Shown piece after piece: positions 17,605 to 26,252 of a stretch of DNA of 64,000 bases. The notes under the pieces are model-generated. The model was given only the letters and a program-made list of their open reading frames with translations, did not search any database and had not been told where the DNA came from. Both the position numbers and the translations under genes were made by a program. The first letter of the stretch is position 1, and every line of letters starts with the position of its first letter. The stretch is taken from IMG/VR virus record IMGVR_UViG_3300033049_000041, positions 21,232-85,231 of that record; one strand, given 5' to 3'. This stretch comes from a virus.

Positions 17605-17937
17605 TTATAAGTCTTGGATAGTTAGTTTATAATTATCCAATTCTTTTCTTCTCTTATTAATAGCTGGTGGCATACCTAATCCTACAGCTTCAACCGTTTT
17701 CTTTGTATTGTAGTACATATCCGCTATCACACGTTCTTTGTACTTATCATCTAACTTTGAGTAAACTTCTTTACTTGGGAAATCCCATGTTGCTTTACCA
17801 CTTTTAGGTGTAGTAACTGTAACTCCTGCTTCTGTAGCAGCCTGTGTAATTTCTTTTACTAATTCAGGACTATTACCTTTAAAAGATAACAATCGACGTA
17901 TTGCACTCGAAAATCCAAATCCTACAATTATTTTCAT
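17605..17937 (-). CDS. hypothetical protein
   Basis: 110-aa ORF, ATGA overlap with the upstream gene. Confidence 0.7.
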   Translation of the reverse strand: MKIIVGFGFSSAIRRLLSFKGNSPELVKEITQAATEAGVTVTTPKSGKATWDFPSKEVYSKLDDKYKERVIADMYYNTKKTVEAVGLGMPPAINKRRKELDNYKLTIQDL

Positions 17938-18347
17938 CTTTTTCTTCCTTTTATTTGAGGGTTATTTCCTTCAGCCTTAGCTAGTTGCTGTGCTAAATAA
18001 ACACTCTCATTGTTCTTTATTAATCCTGCAATCTTTTTAGTAGTCTCTTTATCCATAGAGGATTGTTTCGTAAATGATTCAGCAAGTTCGTCTGAAACTC
18101 TTCCATATCCAGGTGGATTCCAAGAGTCCCATCTAATAGCTTTGCTACCAGCAAATCTAAGTAGGTAATATCCTTTTGTCATAAAGTTAAGAGAAAGTGT
18201 GCCTAAGTAGCTTAATATAAACCATCCAGCCTTTATCTCTTCGTCGGTAAGCTTAGTATCATCCAATTCTAGTAGTTCATCTTCTTCAAGAATTTTTCTA
18301 ATTAAATCCTTGCGTCCATTTCGGGTAGTATCATTTTTATAGTCCAT
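17934..18347 (-). CDS. hypothetical protein
   Basis: 137-aa ORF. Confidence 0.7.
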   Translation of the reverse strand: MDYKNDTTRNGRKDLIRKILEEDELLELDDTKLTDEEIKAGWFILSYLGTLSLNFMTKGYYLLRFAGSKAIRWDSWNPPGYGRVSDELAESFTKQSSMDKETTKKIAGLIKNNESVYLAQQLAKAEGNNPQIKGRKR

Positions 18348-18369
18348 GATAAGTATAGATATTGGTTAG

Positions 18370-18427
18370 TTGCGAGAAAAGGAGTCGAACCTCTACAAAA
18401 CTGCTCTACCAGTTAAGCTACCTCGCA
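18370..18427 (-). ncRNA. anticodon-less mini-tRNA
   Basis: TGCGAGG/TCTCGCA-A acceptor, D arm, 8-nt linker, T arm. Confidence 0.75.
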
Positions 18428-18431
18428 ATCA

Positions 18432-18704
18432 TTAACAATCGCCATTACAAGGATACTGACAAGTACCCATATAACTGCAGTTTTGTGTCATACCTGTGGG
18501 AGAATCTGAATCATCCCAAGGTTCATTTATTAAGTAATTAGGATTATCAATTCGTTTCATTGCAATTCCTAATCTTATATTACCATTACTATTACGCATA
18601 ATAACTATGCCTTCTCTATATCTAGCATTACGTTTATCTTTACGTATTTTATTCTTTTTTGCTTTGTATTTCTTCTTTCTCTCCTTATCCTGTTCACTTG
18701 CCAT
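18432..18704 (-). CDS. basic protein with Cys-rich C-terminus
   Basis: 90-aa ORF ending CSYMGTCQYPCNGDC. Confidence 0.7.
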   Translation of the reverse strand: MASEQDKERKKKYKAKKNKIRKDKRNARYREGIVIMRNSNGNIRLGIAMKRIDNPNYLINEPWDDSDSPTGMTQNCSYMGTCQYPCNGDC

Positions 18705-18717
18705 TATATAGTTTTAG

Positions 18718-18864
18718 CCGCAAAGATGGGAATCGAACCCATAATCTCCTACTGCGATAGGTATCGTTGCCTTCTGAATACGTAACTTCTAAGTGAGTAG
18801 ATGCATCTACTTATATATATAAACGTACTGTAAATAAAGACTTTCCTATTTCGACGACTTTGCT
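18718..18864 (-). ncRNA. tRNA-scaffold RNA with a large insertion
   Basis: GCAAAG/CTTTGC acceptor, T arm ATGGGTTCGATTCCCAT, about 100-nt interior. Confidence 0.55.
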
Positions 18865-18880
18865 AGAAGTTATCTTTATC

Positions 18881-19138
18881 TTAAACTAATCTTTCTAAAT
18901 GTGGAAAGATTTCTAAAAAAGTATCATTATCAATAGTACTTCCATATTCTTCTAAATTACGCCATTGTCGTAAAGTGAACGCATATTCGGGTTCAAAACC
19001 AGTAGTTTCTTCGCTAATATTACAATTTCTTACAGAAAGTAATGCGCCAACTTGTTCTTTAGTAATATCTGCGTCTTCTAACTTAGAGTTGCTGTCAAAT
19101 ACTTTTTGTAGTTTAGCTACTAGTTCAATTACCTTCAT
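18881..19138 (-). CDS. hypothetical protein
   Basis: 85-aa ORF. Confidence 0.65.
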   Translation of the reverse strand: MKVIELVAKLQKVFDSNSKLEDADITKEQVGALLSVRNCNISEETTGFEPEYAFTLRQWRNLEEYGSTIDNDTFLEIFPHLERLV

Positions 19139-19166
19139 TTTGTGTTATAGTTTAAATAATATAAAA

Positions 19167-19239
19167 AGACTACGACAGGAATCCAACCTGCGTTCTCAGG
19201 TTTTGCAGACCTGTGCCTAAAGCATTCAGCCACGTAGTC
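19167..19239 (-). tRNA. tRNA-Cys(GCA)
   Basis: Cloverleaf; CAGGT-CTGCAAA-ACCTG; U73. Confidence 0.9.
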
Positions 19240-19267
19240 ATATTAACTTATCTTGAGCTAACAGATA

Positions 19268-19597
19268 TTAACATCTCATTAACTCATCTGATCTATTTTT
19301 CTTACTATGAAGATGAACAACTGACTCAGCGAATACCTTATTCTGCTTTTCAAGCATATGCTCTATCTTATCCTTATAACTCTCATGGATAGTATCTAAT
19401 GCAGTTACTTCTACTTCACTCAATCCCTTATTAATCTGTGGGTCAATATCATGTTTAAAAGCTAAATTTAAATGAGCTTGAATACAATCAATTTGACCTG
19501 AATTAATTACTCTTGTACTTTCGTTCCATACTCCTCCCTGTGCTTCGGCTATCTCAAAGAATCCTTGTAGCCAGAAGCAAAAATCTCTTGCATCCAC
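19268..19597 (-). CDS. phage hypothetical protein
   Basis: FCFWLQGFFE N-terminal motif familiar from phage hypotheticals. Confidence 0.75.
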   Translation of the reverse strand: MDARDFCFWLQGFFEIAEAQGGVWNESTRVINSGQIDCIQAHLNLAFKHDIDPQINKGLSEVEVTALDTIHESYKDKIEHMLEKQNKVFAESVVHLHSKKNRSDELMRC

Positions 19598-19603
19598 TTT
19601 GTT

Positions 19604-19795
19604 CTAATTTAAAGGTATATTACACGTTAGGTAATAATATAGTTTCGTTACTAACAAATCCCCTGATATTAAGAATGTAGCTAAAGCTATTACTAATACC
19701 ATTATTCCTAAGCTATTTTTTACTTTAACTACACGTAGTATTAATAGTATTATGCCACTAATACATACTGTAACTATCAAAATTGTTGTTATCAT
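19604..19795 (-). CDS. small membrane protein
   Basis: Two hydrophobic segments. Confidence 0.6.
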   Translation of the reverse strand: MITTILIVTVCISGIILLILRVVKVKNSLGIMVLVIALATFLISGDLLVTKLYYYLTCNIPLN

Positions 19796-19810
19796 TTTAT
19801 CTCTTTTTAG

Positions 19811-19883
19811 TGGTACTATTAGGAATTGAACCTAAGACCTTCGGTTTTTCAGACCAACGCTCTACCAACTGAGCTATAGTACC
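19811..19883 (-). tRNA. tRNA-Phe(GAA)
   Basis: Cloverleaf; loop CTGAAAA. Confidence 0.93.
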
Positions 19884-19947
19884 TTGCACCATAATGAAGT
19901 GTACACTTCCGCAGAGCTTATGGTAAACTATTAGTCTGCTATTATCT

Positions 19948-20208
19948 TTACTTTGTATAATCTTCTTCATTAAGTAACACACATCCTGCTTCTTCTAGTA
20001 CCTTCTCATCTTGAGTCCAAAATGAACCATATGGAAATTGTATGGGGTAATAAGTTTCATACCATATTCCACCTTTCCATTTACGATACCATTTATAAAC
20101 ATTTGGAGTATAATTATAACCCAAAGTAATTATAAGTAAAAACTTGAATATTAAGTATATTACTACCTTATCTAAAAACCAATTTATTTTAGCTTTAAAC
20201 TGTATCAT
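19948..20208 (-). CDS. hypothetical membrane-anchored protein
   Basis: 86-aa ORF. Confidence 0.6.
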   Translation of the reverse strand: MIQFKAKINWFLDKVVIYLIFKFLLIITLGYNYTPNVYKWYRKWKGGIWYETYYPIQFPYGSFWTQDEKVLEEAGCVLLNEEDYTK

Positions 20209-21022
20209 AAGTCTTCTTGAATATACCAGGCTTACATGGATATAATTCTCCTTCTAAACCTTTGATTATATAATCACCCTTATTAGCTCGCATATCTCCT
20301 TCTAAGGTGCGAATTATAGGGTCTGGATTAGGAGGATACAAATTACGAGTACCTTCACTAGATAGCTCTTTAATTGCTTCCCATGCTTCATTAGTACCAT
20401 CCCACAATACTGCTTGAATAACTACTGGTTTCTTACGATAGTTTTTAGTCAAACTAAGACTATCTGCAAAGTCTACTATCTCTTGCTTATCTGCATCAGA
20501 CGTAGCATCGTAGTGTTTCTTAATAGCTTCTTTGACTAGCTTAATATCCGCTTCAGACCATTCTTTAGGTAAAATACCCATAGCAGGAACTTCACTTAAA
20601 CTAGCATAGGGAATATCATCTTTATGGAATATCAAAAAGTGACTAGTTATACTATCTACTATAACAAATAATTTTACTACATCTTTAACGTTAGTTTCAA
20701 ATGACCATCCAGTATATTCAGAACTGGCACCATAAGTACCTTGTATCCAAATTGTTTCTAGTCCAACATCATCGAAATTAGGACATGCTGCTTCATTATC
20801 GCAATAATTCTTAACTACTCCTTCAGTATTGATGTAGTATTTCTCTTCTCCGTAGACTTCATCATAAATAGCTCCATCTAATTCTATACAGTCATCTGAA
20901 TGACCATACACAATAATTAGACCTTGTTCTTTAGCTAACTCTGTATGTCTATTAAATACTTCTCCAGCTAACATAATATCCTCAGCTAATGCTACTGCTT
21001 CTACTTTACTTTCTGCTTTCAT
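20195..21022 (-). CDS. two-domain phage protein with C-terminal PGDYG-like domain
   Basis: YRKKPVVIQAV...TLEGDM...GDYIIKG..GELYPCKP.IF..TY. Confidence 0.8.
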   Translation of the reverse strand: MKAESKVEAVALAEDIMLAGEVFNRHTELAKEQGLIIVYGHSDDCIELDGAIYDEVYGEEKYYINTEGVVKNYCDNEAACPNFDDVGLETIWIQGTYGASSEYTGWSFETNVKDVVKLFVIVDSITSHFLIFHKDDIPYASLSEVPAMGILPKEWSEADIKLVKEAIKKHYDATSDADKQEIVDFADSLSLTKNYRKKPVVIQAVLWDGTNEAWEAIKELSSEGTRNLYPPNPDPIIRTLEGDMRANKGDYIIKGLEGELYPCKPGIFKKTYDTV

Positions 21023-21033
21023 TCACTTACTAA

Positions 21034-21396
21034 TTAACTAGTTAGTTGCAATCTAAATCTACATTGTAAACTTAGAGTATGCGATAACTCTTTCTTTCCT
21101 GCTATCTTATCTAAACCAGATTCAATGAAAATAATATCAATTAGATTTATCTTCTTAGACTTAAATAATTTCCTATAACCTCTCTTAGTATAATTAAGAG
21201 CTGTTCTAAGTTCCTTATTCGAGATATTATTCTCTTTCATGTAATCTTTAATTACACCTAGAAGAATATCATAAATACCTACTGTAACTAACCAAGCATT
21301 ACTATCAGTATCACTCATAGCAGTAGTTGCTTGTACAAATAAGTCCTTTATATCATCCTTATTAATTGGCTTATTATTCTTAAATTTCTTACTCAT
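21034..21396 (-). CDS. possible HTH DNA-binding protein
   Basis: YMKENNISNKELRTAL resembles an XRE-type HTH. Confidence 0.55.
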   Translation of the reverse strand: MSKKFKNNKPINKDDIKDLFVQATTAMSDTDSNAWLVTVGIYDILLGVIKDYMKENNISNKELRTALNYTKRGYRKLFKSKKINLIDIIFIESGLDKIAGKKELSHTLSLQCRFRLQLTS

Positions 21397-21423
21397 AGAT
21401 AGTTTATTATTGTTTAGAAATAG

Positions 21424-21509
21424 TGGGAATGGTAGGACTCGAACCTACACCTTTACCGCTAGGGACTAGATTTACAGTCTAGCTGCTTGACCAATTTGCA
21501 TACACGCCC
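21424..21509 (-). tRNA. tRNA-Tyr(GUA)
   Basis: Type II cloverleaf; CTAGA-CTGTAAA-TCTAG. Confidence 0.92.
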
Positions 21510-21516
21510 ATTTTAT

Positions 21517-21714
21517 TTAATATTCCATTTCTATGGAATCAGGTAGTATACCATAATTAAGATAATTATCGTATTCTTTTAAAGTCTTTTGTAACTGCTC
21601 CTCATCTTTAATATCTCTATCAAAGTTTGTAACAGTCACTATAATAAAACATAACTGAATAGCTATAAGCATACTCCATGCCGTAGCAATGAATTGCTTA
21701 TAGCTAAAATTCAT
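21517..21714 (-). CDS. small membrane protein
   Basis: 65-aa ORF, one hydrophobic segment. Confidence 0.6.
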   Translation of the reverse strand: MNFSYKQFIATAWSMLIAIQLCFIIVTVTNFDRDIKDEEQLQKTLKEYDNYLNYGILPDSIEMEY

Positions 21715-21731
21715 GGGTTTTAGGATTTAGT

Positions 21732-22277
21732 TTAATTAGATTTATTTATTGCTCTGCTCCGAATTAATTTCTCTACGAAATTATTAGCATGGGATAAAGA
21801 CCCATTACCATGTAGTATATAACATTGTGCCTCAACTACATTATCAATTTTTCTTTCCCATTTAATAGATATAGGCTCTACTATATTTCCATGAATGTCT
21901 ACTACATCTACTATCCAAAAAGACATTGTGTTAAGTAGTAAATCATTTTTATAGTATTTATCTCTAATGTATATCTCTTTCTTACTGTCTAGTAATTTAG
22001 TATTTATGGTAATTTGATTATCTCTGTAGTAGTACATATCATAAGGCGTACCATCTATGATAATACCAATACCATTCTTTTCCACCTTAAATGATGTATG
22101 GCTTCGAAATAACTTTTTAGTTGCAGAAGTGTCATAAGGATATATAGTCATATCTGCTACATCACTGCCTACAATGCATTCTGTAGTAAAAAAATAATTA
22201 GGATGTACTTCTCTTACAGTTTGAGCATAAAGAGTAAACGTAAGACTCACTAATAGGAGTATTAATAAATGTTTCAT
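21732..22277 (-). CDS. secreted protein, paralog of 6378..6989
   Basis: Signal peptide ending YAQ. Confidence 0.7.
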   Translation of the reverse strand: MKHLLILLLVSLTFTLYAQTVREVHPNYFFTTECIVGSDVADMTIYPYDTSATKKLFRSHTSFKVEKNGIGIIIDGTPYDMYYYRDNQITINTKLLDSKKEIYIRDKYYKNDLLLNTMSFWIVDVVDIHGNIVEPISIKWERKIDNVVEAQCYILHGNGSLSHANNFVEKLIRSRAINKSN

Positions 22278-22311
22278 AATTTTTTAGTTAATGTTTAGAA
22301 AATAATTATAG

Positions 22312-22384
22312 AGCTGGAAACAGGACTTGAACCCGCAACATCCTGATTACAACACAGGTGTTCTACCAATTGAACTACTCCAGC
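22312..22384 (-). tRNA. tRNA-Thr(UGU)
   Basis: Cloverleaf; loop GTTGTAA. Confidence 0.88.
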
Positions 22385-22392
22385 TTTTTTTG

Positions 22393-22466
22393 TACCGTCA
22401 ATAGGATTCGAACCTATAATCTTTTGATCCGTAATCAAATGCCTTATCCAGTTAGGCTATGTCGGC
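22393..22466 (-). tRNA. tRNA-Arg(ACG)
   Basis: Cloverleaf; TTTGA-TTACGGA-TCAAA. Confidence 0.92.
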
Positions 22467-22474
22467 ATAATTCT

Positions 22475-22780
22475 TTATACCGTTGGGTATAAGGAATCAA
22501 TTTTTTGAATTGCTGTATAAGGTGAACCTTTTGATGTTGAAATGTTCGTAAAACCATTTTCTTCATTAATTATAGATTCAGCTTCTATAATTGCACCATT
22601 ATTTTTTACTCCATAACTACCTGTAGTTTTATTAGTAGCAGGGTCTATATCTCCCCATACTGCTCTATAAGTTACGTTTGGCTTAATAGGTTCAACTAAA
22701 TATAGTTTACCTGTTCTTGTTGAATATACAGTATGTCTACCGTCTTTTCCCATTTTCTCTCTCCACTTTTCTCCAGACAT
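22475..22780 (-). CDS. phage hypothetical protein
   Basis: 101-aa ORF. Confidence 0.75.
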   Translation of the reverse strand: MSGEKWREKMGKDGRHTVYSTRTGKLYLVEPIKPNVTYRAVWGDIDPATNKTTGSYGVKNNGAIIEAESIINEENGFTNISTSKGSPYTAIQKIDSLYPTV

Positions 22781-22802
22781 AATATTAATTTTTAATAATT
22801 AG

Positions 22803-22876
22803 TAGCGATGGTAAGATTCGAACTTACGACCCCTTCCGTGTAAAAGAAGTGCTCTAAACCCCTGAGCTACACCGCT
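22803..22876 (-). tRNA. tRNA-Val(UAC)
   Basis: Cloverleaf; CTTCT-TTTACAC-GGAAG. Confidence 0.92.
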
Positions 22877-22967
22877 ATATTGTCCACTATGTCAAAAAAC
22901 TTTATGTTAAATACTTTCCAGTAAAACCACATAAATCAATGAAATATTAAATACTTTCCATTAATCG

Positions 22968-23049
22968 AGGCGAGCAGAAGATTCGAACTCCGAAGTTTAA
23001 CCTACCCATGGCGTTCAAAACCAATTTACTACCGTTAGCGGTACTCGCC
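22968..23049 (-). tRNA. tRNA-Ser(UGA), apparent 8/4 fold
   Basis: 8-bp acceptor GGCGAGTA/TGCTCGCC, 4-bp T stem GGAG/CTTC, loop TTTGAAC, variable arm. Confidence 0.7.
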
Positions 23050-23063
23050 TATCACTTGAATCG

Positions 23064-23148
23064 AGGAAGATACAGGACTCGAACCTGTGCAGGTGTTACC
23101 CTGACCATTCCTTAGCAGGGAAGTGCGTTACCACTCAGCCAATCTTCC
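23064..23148 (-). tRNA. tRNA-Ser(GCU)
   Basis: Type II cloverleaf; loop CTGCTAA. Confidence 0.9.
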
Positions 23149-23155
23149 TTTAAAA

Positions 23156-23300
23156 ATAACATATCCCTCGCTTTTACGGGTTCGATTCCGTCCGATGCAT
23201 TGCTTGATTGTTACAACTAAGTCTCGTCAAAGACAAAGTTTTTTTCACAATCCGAGGAGAAAGCGCCCACTGTCATACTACCTTTTATTCGATATGTTAT
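23156..23300. ncRNA. candidate structured ncRNA
   Basis: 10-bp terminal inverted repeat ATAACATATC/GATATGTTAT between tRNAs, with internal hairpins. Confidence 0.45.
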
Positions 23301-23342
23301 GCTAATCAAAATCAATCAAAATCAAAATCTATGAAAATTTCG

Positions 23343-23416
23343 TGATTCTAGAAGGAGTCGAACCTTCAACCCCCGCCTTAGAAGGGCGGTGCTCTATCCA
23401 GTTGAGCTATAGAACC
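23343..23416 (-). tRNA. tRNA-Arg(UCU)
   Basis: Cloverleaf; CCGCC-CTTCTAA-GGCGG. Confidence 0.93.
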
Positions 23417-23420
23417 AAAA

Positions 23421-23569
23421 TAACAAGCAAACGAAAATACATAGACTGAAAATTAATGTGCCAGATTTACTATCTAGTGCCTTAACCATTTGGCTAATTC
23501 GGCATGAAGCCAAATACAGGACTCGAACCTATAATACGAAGTAAGTCTATGTTTTAGTATTGCTTGTTA
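23421..23569 (-). ncRNA. Y-like module RNA with circularly permuted tRNA (GUA anticodon position)
   Basis: AACAAGCAA/TTGCTTGTT, TACTAAAA, CATAGACT/AGTCTATG, TACTTCG, then T arm, closed acceptor TTTGGC-TTCAT-GCCGAA, D arm, anticodon arm. Confidence 0.82.
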
Positions 23570-23574
23570 ACTCT

Positions 23575-24591
23575 TTAAACTACATACAAATCTTTTGCAG
23601 TTAGTTTTATTTTGTGTTGTTTTACCACATCTTCCCAATCCTTGTAATTGGATGGTGGTAAATATTTATTCTCTTTTCTATTATACTCTCCTCTAACTCC
23701 AGTGATTTGCCACATAGAATCTGTTGCTGCAGATTTAACTCCATCATCAGTTCCTCTAGTTAATGAAAAGAAATCATTTCCTGGAAAAGATACATGATCC
23801 CATGCAACTAAACTAAAGAAACTAATACCTTCATCAGGTCTAAATAACTGAGGTCTAGGTTGTTTACTATTCAAATAAGGTCTAGATGCAAATAATGTTT
23901 TACCTCCAATTACCCAACTCTGGTCAACACCAACAGAATACGGATCGTACCATATCCCGAGTATGTTAGTCCACTTAGTTTTATAGTCTTCTAGTAACTC
24001 TAGTAACGTTGCTAACAGCAAGGTATGAACTTCTGCTTTATGTTTCCCTGCAAACTGACCACATCCAATTCCAGGAATAGTCACCATTGCAGGAACTCCT
24101 TGCTTATTAGCCTTTTCACTAATGTAAGTAAATACTGGAATAAGCTTTTCTCTAACCAATTCTTTATACAACTCAGGTACTACTTTACCGTTCTTAACTA
24201 TATCATAATCTACTGGAGTAATTGTACCAGCAGCTCTAAGAAGTGGTCCAGGAACGTAAACTAATGTACCATGAAAAGGTGTTCCGTGTAATGCTGGATT
24301 CTGATGTTTACCATCATCATAAATAGTCACTGGAACAGCAACACTTATATTACCAAGCACTTTTAGTTCCGCATTAGTCCAATCAGAGCCATCACCTTTA
24401 ATTTCAGATTCAGCAAACATTTCTGGTTGCTTTGTCTCAAGTAGAAAATCTAACTTAGATTCCTTAGATAACGGTATTCTTGCCATGCAGGGAAATAACG
24501 TAGTATTAGAAAAATTAGTTCCAGCATCACAAAGACTAAAATTCTCTAATCTTTGCATATTCTTCTTAGAGGTAATTATTGTATAATTCAT
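23575..24591 (-). CDS. MavL/Larg1-like macrodomain ADP-ribosylhydrolase
   Basis: PGIGCGQFAG loop and VAWDHVSFPGNDFF...RGTDDGVK, matching my recollection of the Legionella MavL catalytic loop. Confidence 0.72.
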   Translation of the reverse strand: MNYTIITSKKNMQRLENFSLCDAGTNFSNTTLFPCMARIPLSKESKLDFLLETKQPEMFAESEIKGDGSDWTNAELKVLGNISVAVPVTIYDDGKHQNPALHGTPFHGTLVYVPGPLLRAAGTITPVDYDIVKNGKVVPELYKELVREKLIPVFTYISEKANKQGVPAMVTIPGIGCGQFAGKHKAEVHTLLLATLLELLEDYKTKWTNILGIWYDPYSVGVDQSWVIGGKTLFASRPYLNSKQPRPQLFRPDEGISFFSLVAWDHVSFPGNDFFSLTRGTDDGVKSAATDSMWQITGVRGEYNRKENKYLPPSNYKDWEDVVKQHKIKLTAKDLYVV

Positions 24592-24791
24592 AATGTTTGA
24601 AAGTCTTTAATTTCTTCTAAAAATACAACTCCTTCCATCGAAATTTCTTCATCTTCTTGCAGTAACTTATCATTACCTTTAGTCAATAGAAAGTTGTTTA
24701 TTTCATCATTAGTAGGAAAAGTAGGATGTTTTATAAAATACATATAATCATCATTGCTTTCACTGCTAGTAGTTAATACGAATTTACGCAC
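24588..24791 (-). CDS. hypothetical protein
   Basis: 67-aa ORF with overlapping start/stop. Confidence 0.65.
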   Translation of the reverse strand: MRKFVLTTSSESNDDYMYFIKHPTFPTNDEINNFLLTKGNDKLLQEDEEISMEGVVFLEEIKDFQTL

Positions 24792-25306
24792 TAAAATAAT
24801 CTTTTATGAGTTAAGAATGCTCCTTCCTTTTCCATATCAGCAATGACATCATGTCTTTCAATGCAAATGTGTACGTAATCGTCCGTATAATTCTCTCTAC
24901 AAGTCTCGCATTCATAAGCTAGCCATTTGCCATACTCAGAAATTAAAGTCTCTAAGAATGGCTTTACATAAAGTACTCTATGTCTAGGTGCAGATAGTTC
25001 ACAAGTAACAATTCCTTTCTTTGTATTAAACTCATTAAATAGAGTTTCTAAAGTTTCTTTAAGGACATTAGCTATCTCCCATTCCTTATGTAGAGCTTCT
25101 AATGCTTTGTTGCGATTTCTTAATTGTGACCTTTCAGTTTTAGATTCAAATGTAAAGTCAAGAACCTTACATGTTAAAGTCACATTCTCACTTATTCTAG
25201 CAGGTATGGAGGTCATTGAACTCATACGTATATCACCTATATGCCACTCTACTTCATTCTTAGTGAACTCCTTGAACTTAGGGTCATCTATTTCTTCCAT
25301 TCCCAT
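24791..25306 (-). CDS. protein with RF-1/ArfB-like N-terminal domain lacking GGQ
   Basis: ENVTLTCKVLDFTFESKTERSQLRNRNKALEAL resembles release-factor domain 3. Confidence 0.55.
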   Translation of the reverse strand: MGMEEIDDPKFKEFTKNEVEWHIGDIRMSSMTSIPARISENVTLTCKVLDFTFESKTERSQLRNRNKALEALHKEWEIANVLKETLETLFNEFNTKKGIVTCELSAPRHRVLYVKPFLETLISEYGKWLAYECETCRENYTDDYVHICIERHDVIADMEKEGAFLTHKRLF

Positions 25307-25423
25307 TCTTTTTTTACTTCATTATAAAAAGGATATTCTACATCCGTACCGTATCTAGATGACTTAGTAAACTTATCCCAAGCTTTTCGTTTCTCGGTGT
25401 TTTCTAAACCGATATGTTTATCC

Positions 25424-25912
25424 TTAATTTGCTCGAATGTGTAAACTTTCATTTCTTTCACTTATCTCTTTGTTTAGTTTAGTCCAAGGTTTGTTTTTGT
25501 AATGACTATTTATTGCATGTTTCATCATAAAAAAGAAAGTATCATAACCAGTTTCAAGTCCTAATTCTAAACAATTCTTAAAATTATTAACAGCATTAGG
25601 ATTTAAAGGTACTTTCTGCGTAAGCCTAAACAATTTCTTACCACTAATTACATAAGATAAACTAACTCGTAAGAATTTACGGAAGTTAGCTATATTATAA
25701 CTAATACTTATATCTCCTATAATCCATTCATTATTGAAATGTGCTAAATAATCATGTGGTATAAATCCCCAAGTCTTATTACGAATTAAAGCTTCTATAA
25801 CGTCATCTAATGGAATATCTCCACTTTTTGCTAATGCAACTATTACATCTATATTTCCTTGTTCTTGACTATCTTCTACAACCCATTGAATCTTTTCTAC
25901 ATTAGTTAACAT
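25424..25912 (-). CDS. hypothetical protein
   Basis: 162-aa ORF. Confidence 0.7.
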   Translation of the reverse strand: MLTNVEKIQWVVEDSQEQGNIDVIVALAKSGDIPLDDVIEALIRNKTWGFIPHDYLAHFNNEWIIGDISISYNIANFRKFLRVSLSYVISGKKLFRLTQKVPLNPNAVNNFKNCLELGLETGYDTFFFMMKHAINSHYKNKPWTKLNKEISERNESLHIRAN

Positions 25913-26252
25913 AAGCTTTCATACATTGCTCTAATGCATCAAGTATTTGCTGCTTAGACTTTTCTATAATATCTTCTACTTGTGGGGAAATTTCAGAAAT
26001 ATGTTCAAACACACCTTCTACTTTATGATTGTCTTTAATTTCACCTATTACTTTACTATTAACAGTAACAATATCTGCGTATTCAGTAGTTCTATGTAAT
26101 AGATTAGAAACCCATTCTCTTGCCCATATAATAGTAGTACTTTCAACATTCCAATGTAATGTAGGAAATCTAGTTTCTAATGGTATATTACTTATATTTT
26201 CTACTTTAGCATGTTGAAATAACAATTCTGCTAATTTTCTTGATTTATTCAT
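25902..26252 (-). CDS. hypothetical protein
   Basis: ORF; ATG at 26252 overlaps the HNH end. Confidence 0.65.
   Translation of the reverse strand: MNKSRKLAELLFQHAKVENISNIPLETRFPTLHWNVESTTIIWAREWVSNLLHRTTEYADIVTVNSKVIGEIKDNHKVEGVFEHISEISPQVEDIIEKSKQQILDALEQCMKAYVN

Noticed and set aside
19797-19982. 61-aa minus-strand ORF
   Set aside because: Runs through tRNA-Phe
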